Virus record (IMG/VR): IMGVR_UViG_3300047552_000481
Coordinates: 15,081-79,080 of that record
Source of the DNA: a virus
DNA length: 64,000 bases
Direction: 5' to 3' (one strand)
A program made the position numbers and the translations under genes. The notes under the pieces were generated by a model. That model did not search any database. It saw only the letters and a program-made list of their open reading frames with translations, and had not been told where the DNA came from. This document shows positions 49,026 through 59,398 of the stretch, in pieces; the first letter of the stretch is position 1, and each line of letters starts with the position of its first letter.

Positions 49026-49445
49026 ATGAATACTGTGAAAATATCTGATGTTGTTTTGTACAAAACATATTATGAAAATTGCCAACACTATTTTACATAT
49101 CTATACTATAAAAATGCTTGGGAAATCATACCATCATATGATAGTAATTTTAAGTTATATGAAACACTTGGAATGTTATTAGATGAATATCAAGATTTGT
49201 TATATGATGGGTATACAATAAGAATATGTTATTATACACCAAAACAAAAACGATTCATATTAAAAAACTTTCATTATTATACTCGTTTACTTGAAGTGTA
49301 TATAGATAATCTTATAAACTTTGATGATTTTGAAAATGAAAAATATGTAATAACAGATTGTTTGAATTTTGTTAATTATGAAAATAAAGTTATGAACGCA
49401 ATAGAAATTCGATCCGTTTGTTTTCGGGGCACAAATAAAATATGA
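49026..49445 (+). CDS. Hypothetical protein, possibly truncated by the TnpB insertion
   Basis: Tyr-rich ORF; a same-frame Tyr/Trp-rich open stretch resumes at 50676-50783. Confidence 0.55.
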   Translation: MNTVKISDVVLYKTYYENCQHYFTYLYYKNAWEIIPSYDSNFKLYETLGMLLDEYQDLLYDGYTIRICYYTPKQKRFILKNFHYYTRLLEVYIDNLINFDDFENEKYVITDCLNFVNYENKVMNAIEIRSVCFRGTNKI

Positions 49446-50680
49446 AACAAAAAAGTTACAAAATAAGAGTTTATCCAACACGATTGCAAAAAGAATACTT
49501 CGCTAAAAGCGAAGGTGCTACCAGATATGTTAGGAATCGGGTTCTTTCTGAAATGGATCATTACCATCAAGAAACTGGTGGATATAAATCTATTATTGAA
49601 ATGTCTCGTGAGGTAACTAAATGGAAAAAAGCTGAAGAAACATCTTGGTTAAAAGAAATTCCTGATGATGTTTTAAGACAAGAATTACGGGATTTAGATG
49701 CGGCTTTTAAAAATTTCTTTGCCAAAAGATCTAATTACCCAAAAAAGAAAAAGAAAACTTTTGGTTGTTCAATAAGATTTGTTTTTGATCAAAGACATTT
49801 GAGCAAGGTTAGAAATTGGTTGCAAGGTAATGTTATTTTACCAAAATTTGGAAAATTAAAATTGGGTCAGAAAAATAGATTACCAGTTGAAATGCCCAAA
49901 CAAATAACAATGTCTAGAGATTGTGCTGATAGATATTTTATATCATTTATGGTAGAACAAGAAATTCAAGAATTGCCAAAAACAGGTAATCAAGTTGGTG
50001 TTGATTTGGGTATCAAAACATTAGTTTATTGTTCAGATGGAAAGAAATATGATGGTGCTAGATCATTACGTAGAAAATTAAAACATTTAAAACGACTACA
50101 ACGGAGTTTGAGTAGAAAAGTAAAAGGGTCAAATCGATATAAAAAACAACGTTTAAAAGTTGGTAAATTACATAGAAAAATAGCTGATACTAGAAATCAT
50201 CGATTACACGAAATAACAACTGATATTGTAAGAAATAATGATAACATTTGTTTGGAAGATTTGAATGTAAAAGGTATGGTTAAAAACCACAATTTAGCAT
50301 TAAGTTTATCAGATTGTTCTTTCGGTGAAATTAGAAGACAACTAGTATATAAATCAAACTGGTATGGAAGAGAAATTTTATTATCAAATGTGTGGAATCC
50401 AACCAGTAAAATGTGTTCTGGATGTGGCCAAATTCATGAAATGAAATTATCTGATAGAATAATGCTTTGTGATTGTGGATTAGAACTTGATCGAGATTTT
50501 AATGCAGCAATCAATATATTAAATTTTAGTTTAAAAGAAAATACGGTGGAGAACACCGGAATATATGCGCGTGGAGCAGTAAACAACCCGAATCTTTTTG
50601 AATCAAATTCAGGAACGATAAGGACTGCGATGGAACCAATAGGTTCTGAGAAACGCGAACCGAATCGGATTCTAATATAA
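49442..50680 (+). mobile_element. tnpB: Solo TnpB RNA-guided endonuclease (IS200/IS605 or IS607 family, no TnpA)
   Basis: HTH KSYKIRVYP, RuvC GVDLG / LEDL / DRD.NAAINI intact, CSGC..CDC zinc finger. Confidence 0.93.
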
Positions 50681-50700
50681 TATGTGGCAACTAAATCCAT
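50540..50700 (+). ncRNA. Putative omega (re)RNA overlapping tnpB 3' end
   Basis: GC-richer structured tract (CGGTG..CACCG, GCAGT..ACTGC, GAACC..GGTTC) at the expected position; boundaries uncertain. Confidence 0.55.
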
Positions 50701-50794
50701 ATATCAGAAAATATGATGACCAAAAATTCTATAACTGGAATTACTGGTTTTTATTAGATGACTTTTATTATAAAACAAAATAAGGAAAATAAAT

Positions 50795-53452
50795 ATGACT
50801 GAAAATGTAAATTTACCAACACAATATCAACAATATATCCACAGAAGTCGTTATGCTAGATGGAATAATGAAAAAAAGCGAAGAGAAACATGGACAGAAA
50901 CAGTCACAAGATATTTAAATTTTTGGAAAAATAAATACCCTTCTGTATTAACAGATGATTTATATAAAGAATTATATGAAAATATAACTCAACTGCGAAC
51001 AATGCCATCTATGCGAGCTTTGATGACTGCTGGAAAGGCATTAGAAAAGGACAATGTTGCTGGTTTCAATTGTTCATATTCTGCAATAGATAATTTCAAA
51101 AAGTTTGATGAAATTATGTATATTTTAATGTGTGGAACTGGTGTTGGATTTTCTGTTGAAAGGCAATATGTTGTTAAATTACCAACGGTTGCTGAAGATT
51201 TTTATCCATCAGAAACTATTATTAAAGTTTCTGATTCAAAATTAGGGTGGGCATCATCTTATAGAGAACTAATCTCATTATTATATGCTGGAAAAATACC
51301 AACTTGGGATTTAACTAGTATTAGACCATCCGGTGCATTATTAAAAACTTTTGGTGGTCGGGCATCTGGACCAGCACCATTACATGACCTATTTAAATTT
51401 ACAGTAACTCTATTTAAATCTGCTGCTGGTAGAAAATTAACGTCATTAGAATGTCACGACTTGGTATGTAAAATTGCTGAGATTGTCGTCGTTGGTGGCG
51501 TGAGGCGAAGTGCATTGATTTCATTATCAAATTTATCAGATGATAGAATGCGATCTGCAAAAAATGGTGCTTGGTGGGAAGATAACGTTCAACGCGCTTT
51601 AGCAAATAATTCAGCAGCATATACCGAAAAACCAGATATCGGAATTTTCATGAAAGAATGGTTGTCTCTATATGATTCCAAATCTGGCGAAAGAGGAATT
51701 TTTAATAGAGAAGCCGCCAACAAATTATTACCAGAACGACGAAAACTTTTTGAATATACAGAACTAGGAACGAACCCATGCTGCTTTTCTGGAGATATGA
51801 AACTTTTGACGGATGCTGGATATAAAACTTTTAGTGAACTTTCAAAAATGGATGTTGTTAATATTGTCAATAATGATGGAGAAGTTACAAAAGGTAAAGT
51901 TTGGTCTTCAGGAACAAAACCCGTTGTGTCGGTGCAATTTGAAGATAAATTAGGAAAGAGTAGTATTATTTGTACAGACGACCACATTTTTATGTTAAAT
52001 GATGGCACAGAATGTCAAGCTAAAGATTTAACAAAAAAGCGGCTCATGCCTCAAATTAATATAAAAGTGCCAAAAGCAAATGATGAATTTTTGGCAGGAT
52101 TTATTTTGGGTGGACGGGGGTATCCAGAAACATTAAAGAATCTAGATAGTTTGTCTGGATTATATTCTGCTAATGGTTCTGTGATTAAAAATCAAAGAGT
52201 ATCATTGAAAGCAATTGATAAAAATCAAATTGATTTGGTTGCAGAATATTTGGCGGAATTAGGAATTGATAGTTATATAACGACCAATGGAGAATATCTA
52301 TGTAAACAATCATATGATCTTAATATTACTAGATACGAAAGCATTTTAAAATTTGCAGAATTGGTTTCTTTTGGTCAAAAATATAAAAGAGAATCACTTC
52401 AGAAAATGATTTTAGAACGTGCGCCATATGTGAAAACTGTTAAAAATTTTGGTGAATGTGAAGTATTTGATTTTACTGAACCAAAAACACATTGGGGAAT
52501 CGTTGAAGGTTGTGTTGTTCACAATTCTGAAATTATATTGAGATCGGCACAATTTTGCAATCTTTCAGAAGTTGTGGTTAGGTCTGATGATAATTTGGAG
52601 TCTTTAAAAAATAAAGTTCGGGTTGCAACGATTTTAGGAACATTACAAGCAACATTAACAAATTTCAGGTATATCTCAAAGGAATGGAAGAAAAATACTG
52701 AAGAAGAAGCGTTATTGGGTGTTAGTTTTACTGGAATTATGGATAATTCTGTAATGAATTGTAGTGAGGGTGAAGAAACATTAAAATCATGGTTAACAGA
52801 ATTAAAACAAGTTGCCATTGATACAAATGTTGAATATGCAAATAAATTGGGAATAAACCCTTCTGCGGCAATTACTTGTGTAAAACCTTCTGGTACCGTT
52901 TCACAATTAGTTGATTCTGCATCAGGAATTCATCCGAGATACAGCCCGTATTATATTAGAACAGTTAGGGCAGATGTTAAAGATCCTCTGGCACAGTTTA
53001 TGAAAAATTTGGGGTTTGTTTGTGAACCAGATGTAACAAAACCAGAAACAACAGTTGTATTTTCATTTCCACAAAAATCACCACCTAATTCAGTTTTTAG
53101 GGATGATAGACCAGCACTGGAACAACTTGAGTTGTGGAAAATATATCAACTAAACTGGTGTGAACATAAACCATCAGTTACGATTTATGTTAAAGAACAT
53201 GAGTGGTTAGAAGTTGGCGCATGGGTATATAAGCATTTTGACATTTTGTCTGGAGTAAGCTTTTTGCCACATTCAAATCATTCTTATAAGCAAGCTCCAT
53301 ATCAAGAGTGTACAGAAGAGGAATATAACGCATTATTAGAAAAGTATAAAGATTTGGATTTAAATTGGGAATCACTTTCTCAATATGAAATGGAAGATTA
53401 TACTACATCAGCAAAAGAATTAGCATGTGTTGCGGGAATATGTGAGATATAA
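50795..53452 (+). CDS. nrdJ: Class II (B12-dependent) ribonucleotide reductase with intein
   Basis: SRYARW, PSMR, FNC, GGVRRSA, NPC|SE, CNL, VKPSGT, C-terminal C..G.CE. Confidence 0.93.
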   Translation: MTENVNLPTQYQQYIHRSRYARWNNEKKRRETWTETVTRYLNFWKNKYPSVLTDDLYKELYENITQLRTMPSMRALMTAGKALEKDNVAGFNCSYSAIDNFKKFDEIMYILMCGTGVGFSVERQYVVKLPTVAEDFYPSETIIKVSDSKLGWASSYRELISLLYAGKIPTWDLTSIRPSGALLKTFGGRASGPAPLHDLFKFTVTLFKSAAGRKLTSLECHDLVCKIAEIVVVGGVRRSALISLSNLSDDRMRSAKNGAWWEDNVQRALANNSAAYTEKPDIGIFMKEWLSLYDSKSGERGIFNREAANKLLPERRKLFEYTELGTNPCCFSGDMKLLTDAGYKTFSELSKMDVVNIVNNDGEVTKGKVWSSGTKPVVSVQFEDKLGKSSIICTDDHIFMLNDGTECQAKDLTKKRLMPQINIKVPKANDEFLAGFILGGRGYPETLKNLDSLSGLYSANGSVIKNQRVSLKAIDKNQIDLVAEYLAELGIDSYITTNGEYLCKQSYDLNITRYESILKFAELVSFGQKYKRESLQKMILERAPYVKTVKNFGECEVFDFTEPKTHWGIVEGCVVHNSEIILRSAQFCNLSEVVVRSDDNLESLKNKVRVATILGTLQATLTNFRYISKEWKKNTEEEALLGVSFTGIMDNSVMNCSEGEETLKSWLTELKQVAIDTNVEYANKLGINPSAAITCVKPSGTVSQLVDSASGIHPRYSPYYIRTVRADVKDPLAQFMKNLGFVCEPDVTKPETTVVFSFPQKSPPNSVFRDDRPALEQLELWKIYQLNWCEHKPSVTIYVKEHEWLEVGAWVYKHFDILSGVSFLPHSNHSYKQAPYQECTEEEYNALLEKYKDLDLNWESLSQYEMEDYTTSAKELACVAGICEI
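51782..52525 (+). mobile_element. Intein (248 aa) in NrdJ with degenerate LAGLIDADG domain
   Basis: Starts CFSGD, ends VVHN followed by Ser; splicing restores GTNPC-SEIIL. Confidence 0.92.
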
Positions 53453-53471
53453 ATAATAAGAATTATAAATA
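53448..53471 (+). promoter_or_regulatory. Two T4 late promoters
   Basis: TATAAATA at 53448 and 53464. Confidence 0.65.
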
Positions 53472-53487
53472 TTTTTAGGGAGAGTAT

Positions 53488-53673
53488 ATGCAAAAAGTAG
53501 TAAATACAATTTGTAACAACTGTGATTCTGAATTCACATTAACTTTTAACGAGAATTTAGTGCCAGAATACGAAGAACTTATTTGTCCATTTTGTGGAAA
53601 TCCCATTGAAGATGTCAATGAAAAGGAAATTGATGACACTTATGATATGTTTGATCAAGAGGAATGGGATTAG
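53488..53673 (+). CDS. Small zinc-ribbon protein
   Basis: CNNC..CPFCG, acidic tail. Confidence 0.75.
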   Translation: MQKVVNTICNNCDSEFTLTFNENLVPEYEELICPFCGNPIEDVNEKEIDDTYDMFDQEEWD

Positions 53674-54078
53674 TTGTGGTTTTATAACAACGAAATTGTA
53701 ACCAATATAGATCCACGATATATTGGTTACGTTTATTTAATTACTAATATATTAACTTCCAAAAAGTATATTGGTAAGAAACTTTTTGTCTTTAAGAAAA
53801 CTAAAACTATTAAAGGTAAAAAGAAAAAGTATTTGGTAGAAAGTGATTGGAAAGAATATTATGGATCATCTGTGTCATTGAAAACTGACATAGATATGTA
53901 TGGTAAAGATAATTTTAAACGAGAAATTTTAATGTTTTGTACAACCAAATCTGAATGTTCTTATTTTGAAGCCAAATTTCAATTTGATTTTGATGTATTA
54001 TTAAACCCTAATGATTATTACAATGATTGGATTTCATGTAGAATACGAAGAGGACACTTATTAAAAGGAAAATTATGA
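53674..54078 (+). CDS. GIY-YIG domain nuclease (conserved T4-like)
   Basis: GYVY.ITN..KYIGKK, ESDWKEYYGSS, FKREIL, YYN. Confidence 0.85.
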   Translation: MWFYNNEIVTNIDPRYIGYVYLITNILTSKKYIGKKLFVFKKTKTIKGKKKKYLVESDWKEYYGSSVSLKTDIDMYGKDNFKREILMFCTTKSECSYFEAKFQFDFDVLLNPNDYYNDWISCRIRRGHLLKGKL

Positions 54079-54434
54079 TCAGAGAATTCTTAAATGAAAT
54101 ATTTAATAAAGATAACAGCGATGGTGTGGCGTTTGTTCCAGTAAGTGATGAAGATATGAATATCAATGGATTTCATTACAAAGATAAAGGTAAATATATT
54201 ACTGGAAATACTGGTCAATATTATCATGTTCTTTTATATAAACAAACAGAAGACATGGTTATAACCGAATGTGATCATTTTGAAGCAATTTTATTAGATC
54301 CATCTGTTTATGTTACCAATTTAATTAAATGTGGCTATTATGGCATTGTTTCTAAAGTTACAGAAGTATCCCGCCCCGAAATCACCAGAACATATGAAGA
54401 AATGTTATTAAAAATGAACCCAGAAATCACTTGA
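54075..54434 (+). CDS. Hypothetical protein
   Basis: ATGA-coupled ORF. Confidence 0.6.
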   Translation: MIREFLNEIFNKDNSDGVAFVPVSDEDMNINGFHYKDKGKYITGNTGQYYHVLLYKQTEDMVITECDHFEAILLDPSVYVTNLIKCGYYGIVSKVTEVSRPEITRTYEEMLLKMNPEIT

Positions 54435-54458
54435 CATCTGCTCAAAATGTGGTATAAT
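54431..54458 (+). promoter_or_regulatory. Sigma70-type promoter
   Basis: TTGACA-16-TATAAT with extended -10. Confidence 0.75.
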
Positions 54459-54490
54459 GATCCCACAGTTTCAATTTTCAAGCAAATCAT

Positions 54491-55564
54491 ATGAAAAAAA
54501 CAGATGTAAATGACTACTTTACAGGTGGCGAACCAAGATTTGATACAGACACTTCAATCAATGTCGCTCTGTCTTGGTACGCCAACCAAATGGAACCAAA
54601 AGATTCTAAAAAATTCACTCTGGATCACGTCAAAAAGCACGATTATTCCAAGGAAATTGTAAATTCAATCTCTACTGCTCCAGAAAACATGTTCTTAAAT
54701 CTCGGTTTTGTATGCAGAATTCTGGAAAATGGTGCAAATCTACCAGAAAAGAATCATATCTGGATCGATACTAGGATAAATCAAATTGTTCAAGCAGTAA
54801 AAGAACCAGTCGTATCAGAATTTGCCAAAAAACAAGAATTTAACATTCATGACCGAATTTATGAACAATCAAGTTCACTAATCTCTGGAATCGAAGACGA
54901 AATTGATAAATTCATTAAAACTAAAGTCATAAATTTCAATGTTTATGAATTTTTAACAAAAAATGAAGCAAAAAATCTTCATGCAAAACATGTTGTTAAC
55001 CACTTTACACCATTTTTAAATGAAATTAACATCGTTTTGGAAAAATCTGATGAACAATTGAACGAAGCATACGCAAGTTATACGAAAAAACAAGTTGTAA
55101 CATTACAATTGTTCCTCCAGTCTATTATCGATGACTGTAATAAGATCATTAATAATGCAAAAATCACCAGAAAACCAAGAAAACAAAAGAAAGTATCTCT
55201 GACGAAGTTAATTTCTAAACTAAAATATAAAAAGGATGATAATGAGTTAAAGTTAAAATCAATAAATCCACTAGACATCTTGACAGCCAAACAACTTTGG
55301 GTGTATAATACCAAACTGAGGAAATTTGGTGTCTATGTGGCAGATATAAATACTACTCTGACTGTTAAAGGAACTACAATATTGAATTATGATGATGTTT
55401 TATCAACACAAAAAACATTAAGGAAACCCGAAGAACAACTTAAATCAATTGATACAATGAAAAAGACCGACACTAACAAATTCTTTAAAGAAATCAAAAG
55501 TAAAGATGCCCCATTATCAGGTCGTATCAATGAAGATATTATCTTATTAAAGGTGTTTAAATGA
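54491..55564 (+). CDS. Conserved T4-like hypothetical protein
   Basis: LWVYNTK.RK..VKGTTI..KTLRKPEEQL..GRIN. Confidence 0.75.
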   Translation: MKKTDVNDYFTGGEPRFDTDTSINVALSWYANQMEPKDSKKFTLDHVKKHDYSKEIVNSISTAPENMFLNLGFVCRILENGANLPEKNHIWIDTRINQIVQAVKEPVVSEFAKKQEFNIHDRIYEQSSSLISGIEDEIDKFIKTKVINFNVYEFLTKNEAKNLHAKHVVNHFTPFLNEINIVLEKSDEQLNEAYASYTKKQVVTLQLFLQSIIDDCNKIINNAKITRKPRKQKKVSLTKLISKLKYKKDDNELKLKSINPLDILTAKQLWVYNTKLRKFGVYVADINTTLTVKGTTILNYDDVLSTQKTLRKPEEQLKSIDTMKKTDTNKFFKEIKSKDAPLSGRINEDIILLKVFK

Positions 55565-55767
55565 TGGAGAAATATGTTAAATCCGGTTGTGGAGCATGTG
55601 TGGAAGCAAACGATTTAGCCAAGATTAAAAATCTATTGGTCGAAGACACATATATAAATCAAGATGGAGAAATTGTAATTTTTGAAGACTCTGAACTTTT
55701 TCACATTGTTTCTGATATGTTAATCAAAAACAATCGTGGTCATACTAATTATAGGATTTACAAATGA
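55561..55767 (+). CDS. Hypothetical protein
   Basis: Coupled ORF. Confidence 0.5.
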   Translation: MMEKYVKSGCGACVEANDLAKIKNLLVEDTYINQDGEIVIFEDSELFHIVSDMLIKNNRGHTNYRIYK

Positions 55768-56618
55768 TTTTTATTGATTTCAATCAGGTTGTTATTACAG
55801 AAATTCATCGGTTCTATGCGTATAATAAAACCCAATTAACCCAAAATGATTTATTACACATTTCTTTCACAGCTTTAAAAAAGTGTACTTCTTTATTCAG
55901 AAAACACAATATCGTTATTGCATGTGATTCAAAAACATATTGGAGAAAAGATCTTTATAAACTATATAAGTTTCATCGGAAAGATCTAAGAGAAAAGTCT
56001 CCGTTAGATTGGAATTTCATCCACAAAACCCTTAATGAAGTTAAAGCTGATCTTCACGAATACTTTCCATATAAAGTATTAGAAGTAGATTCAGCAGAAG
56101 CAGATGATATTATTGGAACTCTAGTACCAAGATTCGCACCACACGGACCAGTAATCATTTGTTCAGCAGATCGAGATTTCGTTCAGTTACAACAGTACCC
56201 AAATGTAAAACAATATGATCCTAAAATCTCTGCCTATGTTACTTCTGATGATCCCGTAAAAGATCTTAAAATTAAAATCATTAAAGGTGATCGCGGCGAT
56301 TTCATCCCATCCTTTCTTTCACCAGATGACCAATTTATGACAGGTAAAAGACAAACAAGAATTACAGAGGAAAAATTACAACAATGGCTCAATGAATCAC
56401 CAGAAGTATTCTGTAATAATGATACATTACAAAATTATTACAGAAACCAAAAACTTATAGATTTTAATTTTATCCCATCAGAAGTAAAACAAAGGATTAT
56501 AGATAGATATGATGAATTAGAATTCAAAGGCAAGAACATCTTTAGATATTTTATGTCTAAAGGATTAGTAGCATTTTTAGATGACGTAGGAGAATTTCAA
56601 TGCAAACCGCAAGAGTAA
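55764..56618 (+). CDS. rnh: T4 RNase H (5'-3' exonuclease)
   Basis: IDFNQ, ACD..YWR..YK..R, EADDII, SADRDF.QL, GDRGD. Confidence 0.93.
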   Translation: MIFIDFNQVVITEIHRFYAYNKTQLTQNDLLHISFTALKKCTSLFRKHNIVIACDSKTYWRKDLYKLYKFHRKDLREKSPLDWNFIHKTLNEVKADLHEYFPYKVLEVDSAEADDIIGTLVPRFAPHGPVIICSADRDFVQLQQYPNVKQYDPKISAYVTSDDPVKDLKIKIIKGDRGDFIPSFLSPDDQFMTGKRQTRITEEKLQQWLNESPEVFCNNDTLQNYYRNQKLIDFNFIPSEVKQRIIDRYDELEFKGKNIFRYFMSKGLVAFLDDVGEFQCKPQE

Positions 56619-57022
56619 ATGAAGTATTTGATGAATTTAATAAATGTTCAAATAAAGAACAACGACTACACGTACTTCGTAAACATGACTCACAGAATTT
56701 TAGAGAATTCTTGGAATATTCATTTAACCCAAAAATCGAATTCTATTTTTCACAATTTCCAATGAATTATATTATTCCAGACACAGTTCCAGGTATCAGT
56801 TACTCAGATCTTTTGTCAGAACTAAAACGGCTCTACCTATTCACAAAAGGTAATCCGACAGCAGATTCCTTAACAGAAGAGAAAAGAAATACCCTCTTTC
56901 TCCAAGTTCTGGAAACCATGGACCCAACTGAAGCAACCTATTTCGTCAATATGATGAAAAAGAATCTGGGGGTCAAATACTTAACCATTAACTTAATCAA
57001 AGAGGCTTATAACCTAAACTAA
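56600..57022 (+). CDS. Conserved T4-like protein downstream of rnh
   Basis: LRK..F.P.I.F..L..E.KRLYLF..KR..LF.Q.LE..DP.EA. Confidence 0.75.
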   Translation: MQTARVNEVFDEFNKCSNKEQRLHVLRKHDSQNFREFLEYSFNPKIEFYFSQFPMNYIIPDTVPGISYSDLLSELKRLYLFTKGNPTADSLTEEKRNTLFLQVLETMDPTEATYFVNMMKKNLGVKYLTINLIKEAYNLN

Positions 57023-57091
57023 TATGAAAAAGAAACAAAACTACCGAGACTTAGATCCAATCGAATCCAAAAGAAATAAAAAAGCGAATCG

Positions 57092-57099
57092 TATAAATA
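57092..57099 (+). promoter_or_regulatory. T4 late promoter upstream of gp13 unit
   Basis: TATAAATA. Confidence 0.6.
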
Positions 57100-57168
57100 A
57101 TAAACACGATCCGCTAAGAAAAAATAAAAAGTATTACCTGCAAAACCAAAACCCAGGAGATTAATCCT

Positions 57169-57366
57169 ATGAAAACTTATGTAAAACGTGTCCCCCTAGA
57201 CTGGACTGTATTAGAATCATTAACTCAACCACAACTTAGGTTCGTTACCGCTCTCATGCAACGTATGGAATATAAGGAAAAACAAGTTAATAATATTAAT
57301 TCAGTCCTAGAAATGCTCGAACCTAAACTTAATGAAACCCTAGTATCACCTAATAATAAAGCATAA
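57169..57366 (+). CDS. Hypothetical late protein
   Basis: AGGAG RBS. Confidence 0.55.
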   Translation: MKTYVKRVPLDWTVLESLTQPQLRFVTALMQRMEYKEKQVNNINSVLEMLEPKLNETLVSPNNKA

Positions 57367-57507
57367 TGGATGTAATAATAAAAAATTATATCGCATTTGA
57401 CCGTCAGTACGGTGATATCAAATTAACTCTGCCTCTACCCGAGGCAGAGAACCTTTTTCAACAACTAAAAGAATTTTTTGATAATCAACCAAATAAGGAT
57501 AACCCAA

Positions 57508-58251
57508 ATGGCTAAACTAAACTCTAGAGAAGAATTTAAACAATATTGCCTCAGACGCCTGGGTGAACCCCTTATCTCCATTAATGTCTCCGATGAACAA
57601 ACTGAAGATAGACTCGATGACGCCCTAAACTATTACCAACTGCACCACTATAATGCAGTCAAAATGATATACCTTAAACACCAATTAACTCAACTCGATA
57701 TCTCCAATGGCTATATCGATGTCCCAGATGAAGTTAAATCTGTTACCAAAATATTTCCGATAGATACGCTCATAAGTCAAGATTATATGTTCGATGTGCA
57801 GTTCCAAATTATTGCGAACAATCTATCGGACTTTTCTTCTGTCCAGCTTATGAACTATGAAGTTGCTATGCAGCACTTAAGAAATGTGCAAATGATATTA
57901 GTTGGACAACAAGGAATCCGGTTTACTGAGCATGAGAAAAAACTTTACATTGACGATAATTTACAGAAAAAAATGTATGTTGGAGCTTATGTTATTGCAG
58001 AATGTTATGCAGCATTAAATCCAGAAACGTTTCCAGATATTTGGGGCGACTATTGGCTACGCAAATACGCCACCGCATTAATAAAGAAGCAATGGGGATC
58101 AAACCTATCAAAATACAGTTCGATGCCGTTACCAGGAGGATTAGTTCTGAATGGGCCACAAATTTGCATGGAAGCAGAACAAGAAATTGCTCAGATTGAA
58201 AATGAGTGTAAAACAGAATACGAGTTACCAGTTGGATTTTTTGTTGGTTAA
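57508..58251 (+). CDS. 13: Neck protein gp13
   Basis: YCLRRLG.P.I.INV..EQ.EDR.DDAL, WLRKYATALIKKQWG.NL.KY..LPGG..LNG. Confidence 0.95.
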   Translation: MAKLNSREEFKQYCLRRLGEPLISINVSDEQTEDRLDDALNYYQLHHYNAVKMIYLKHQLTQLDISNGYIDVPDEVKSVTKIFPIDTLISQDYMFDVQFQIIANNLSDFSSVQLMNYEVAMQHLRNVQMILVGQQGIRFTEHEKKLYIDDNLQKKMYVGAYVIAECYAALNPETFPDIWGDYWLRKYATALIKKQWGSNLSKYSSMPLPGGLVLNGPQICMEAEQEIAQIENECKTEYELPVGFFVG

Positions 58252-59339
58252 TGAAAAAATTAAATAAAGATGATGTTAATAATAGATTAACAGAAAGTGG
58301 TAGAACAGTTAGATTAGTTGGAGAATATGTAAATGGACATACACATTCTGAATTTTTGTGTTTAGTTTGTGATTGGGAATGGAATGCACAACCATATAGT
58401 GTTTTAAGTGGGAAAGGTTGTCCTTGTTGTGGTGGAACACAAAAATTAACATTTGAAGATGTCAATAAAAGATTAGAAGATGATAATCGTACAGTCAGAT
58501 TGATTGGAGAATATACAAATGTTTCTACCCCAACAGATTTCTTGTGTTTGGACTGTGACTATGTTTGGACATCAACAGTTAGATCAGTTTTACTTCTTAA
58601 ATGTGGGTGTTTACGGTGTTCCAATATGGTGCGGTTGACAAAAGATATTGTTAATGATAGATTGATCGAATCTGGTAGATCAATCAGACTGGTTGGTGAA
58701 TTTAAAAATAATAAACATGATACTGAATTTTTGTGTTTAGAATGTGATTTTGTATTTTCTGCTAGACCAGATAATGTATTACATAATTGCTCTGGTTGTC
58801 CAAAATGCGCTAAATTATTACCATTAACATTTGAAGAAATTAATAATAGATTAATTGAAAGTGGCAAATCTGTCAGATTAATCAGCGAATATGTAAATGC
58901 TAGAACAAAATGTGAATTTGAATGTTTGGATTGTGGGCACCAATGGTTTACAAAATCTAATGATGTTTTAAATAAGGATTCTGGTTGTCCATGTTGTGCT
59001 AGAACGGGTTTCGATCCAACCAAACCTGCAATAGTTTATTATGTTAAATTTATAAATACAGATGCATACAAAATTGGAATAACAAATTTAACAGTTAAAG
59101 AGAGATTTGGTAAACATTTTAAAAACATAATTGTCCTGAAAGAAATATTTTTTGACAATGGCAAAGAAGCCTATGATTTTGAGCAATTTATATTAAAAGA
59201 ATATAGAGAACATAAATACACGGGTGAGCCATTATTAAAGCGTGGTAACACAGAAATTTTAACTAAAGACATTTTAAATGATGTCTTGACAATTTACGAA
59301 GACTGGTGTACAATAGAACACAATGCAGAAATGGTGTAA
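58251..59339 (+). CDS. Zinc-ribbon-repeat putative homing endonuclease (paralog of 22066)
   Basis: Four RL..GR.VRL.GEY..FLCL.C..GCP.C repeats; YYVK..YKIGIT..RF..GNTEIL. Confidence 0.82.
   Translation: MKKLNKDDVNNRLTESGRTVRLVGEYVNGHTHSEFLCLVCDWEWNAQPYSVLSGKGCPCCGGTQKLTFEDVNKRLEDDNRTVRLIGEYTNVSTPTDFLCLDCDYVWTSTVRSVLLLKCGCLRCSNMVRLTKDIVNDRLIESGRSIRLVGEFKNNKHDTEFLCLECDFVFSARPDNVLHNCSGCPKCAKLLPLTFEEINNRLIESGKSVRLISEYVNARTKCEFECLDCGHQWFTKSNDVLNKDSGCPCCARTGFDPTKPAIVYYVKFINTDAYKIGITNLTVKERFGKHFKNIIVLKEIFFDNGKEAYDFEQFILKEYREHKYTGEPLLKRGNTEILTKDILNDVLTIYEDWCTIEHNAEMV
59286..59314 (+). promoter_or_regulatory. Sigma70-type promoter for tRNA-Gly/Pro, inside endonuclease ORF
   Basis: TTGACA-17-TACAAT. 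Confidence 0.8.
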
Positions 59340-59398
59340 TGTAGCATCCTGGTGTTCCATACCGGGGGTGTAGGTTCAAGTCCTACTTTTCTGCTCCA
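59325..59398 (+). tRNA. tRNA-Gly(TCC)
   Basis: GCAGAAA/TTTCTGC acceptor, CTGGT-GTTCCAT-ACCGG arm, GTAGG-TTCAAGT-CCTAC, TCCA end; one extra T between T-stem and acceptor. Confidence 0.8.

Noticed and set aside
49400-49445. IStron (group I intron plus TnpB)
   Set aside because: No room for a ribozyme core upstream of tnpB
48938-49784. 19-bp match TGTTCAATAAGATTTGTTT at 48938 and inside tnpB at 49766
   Set aside because: AT-rich, not at element ends or the guide position; plausibly chance
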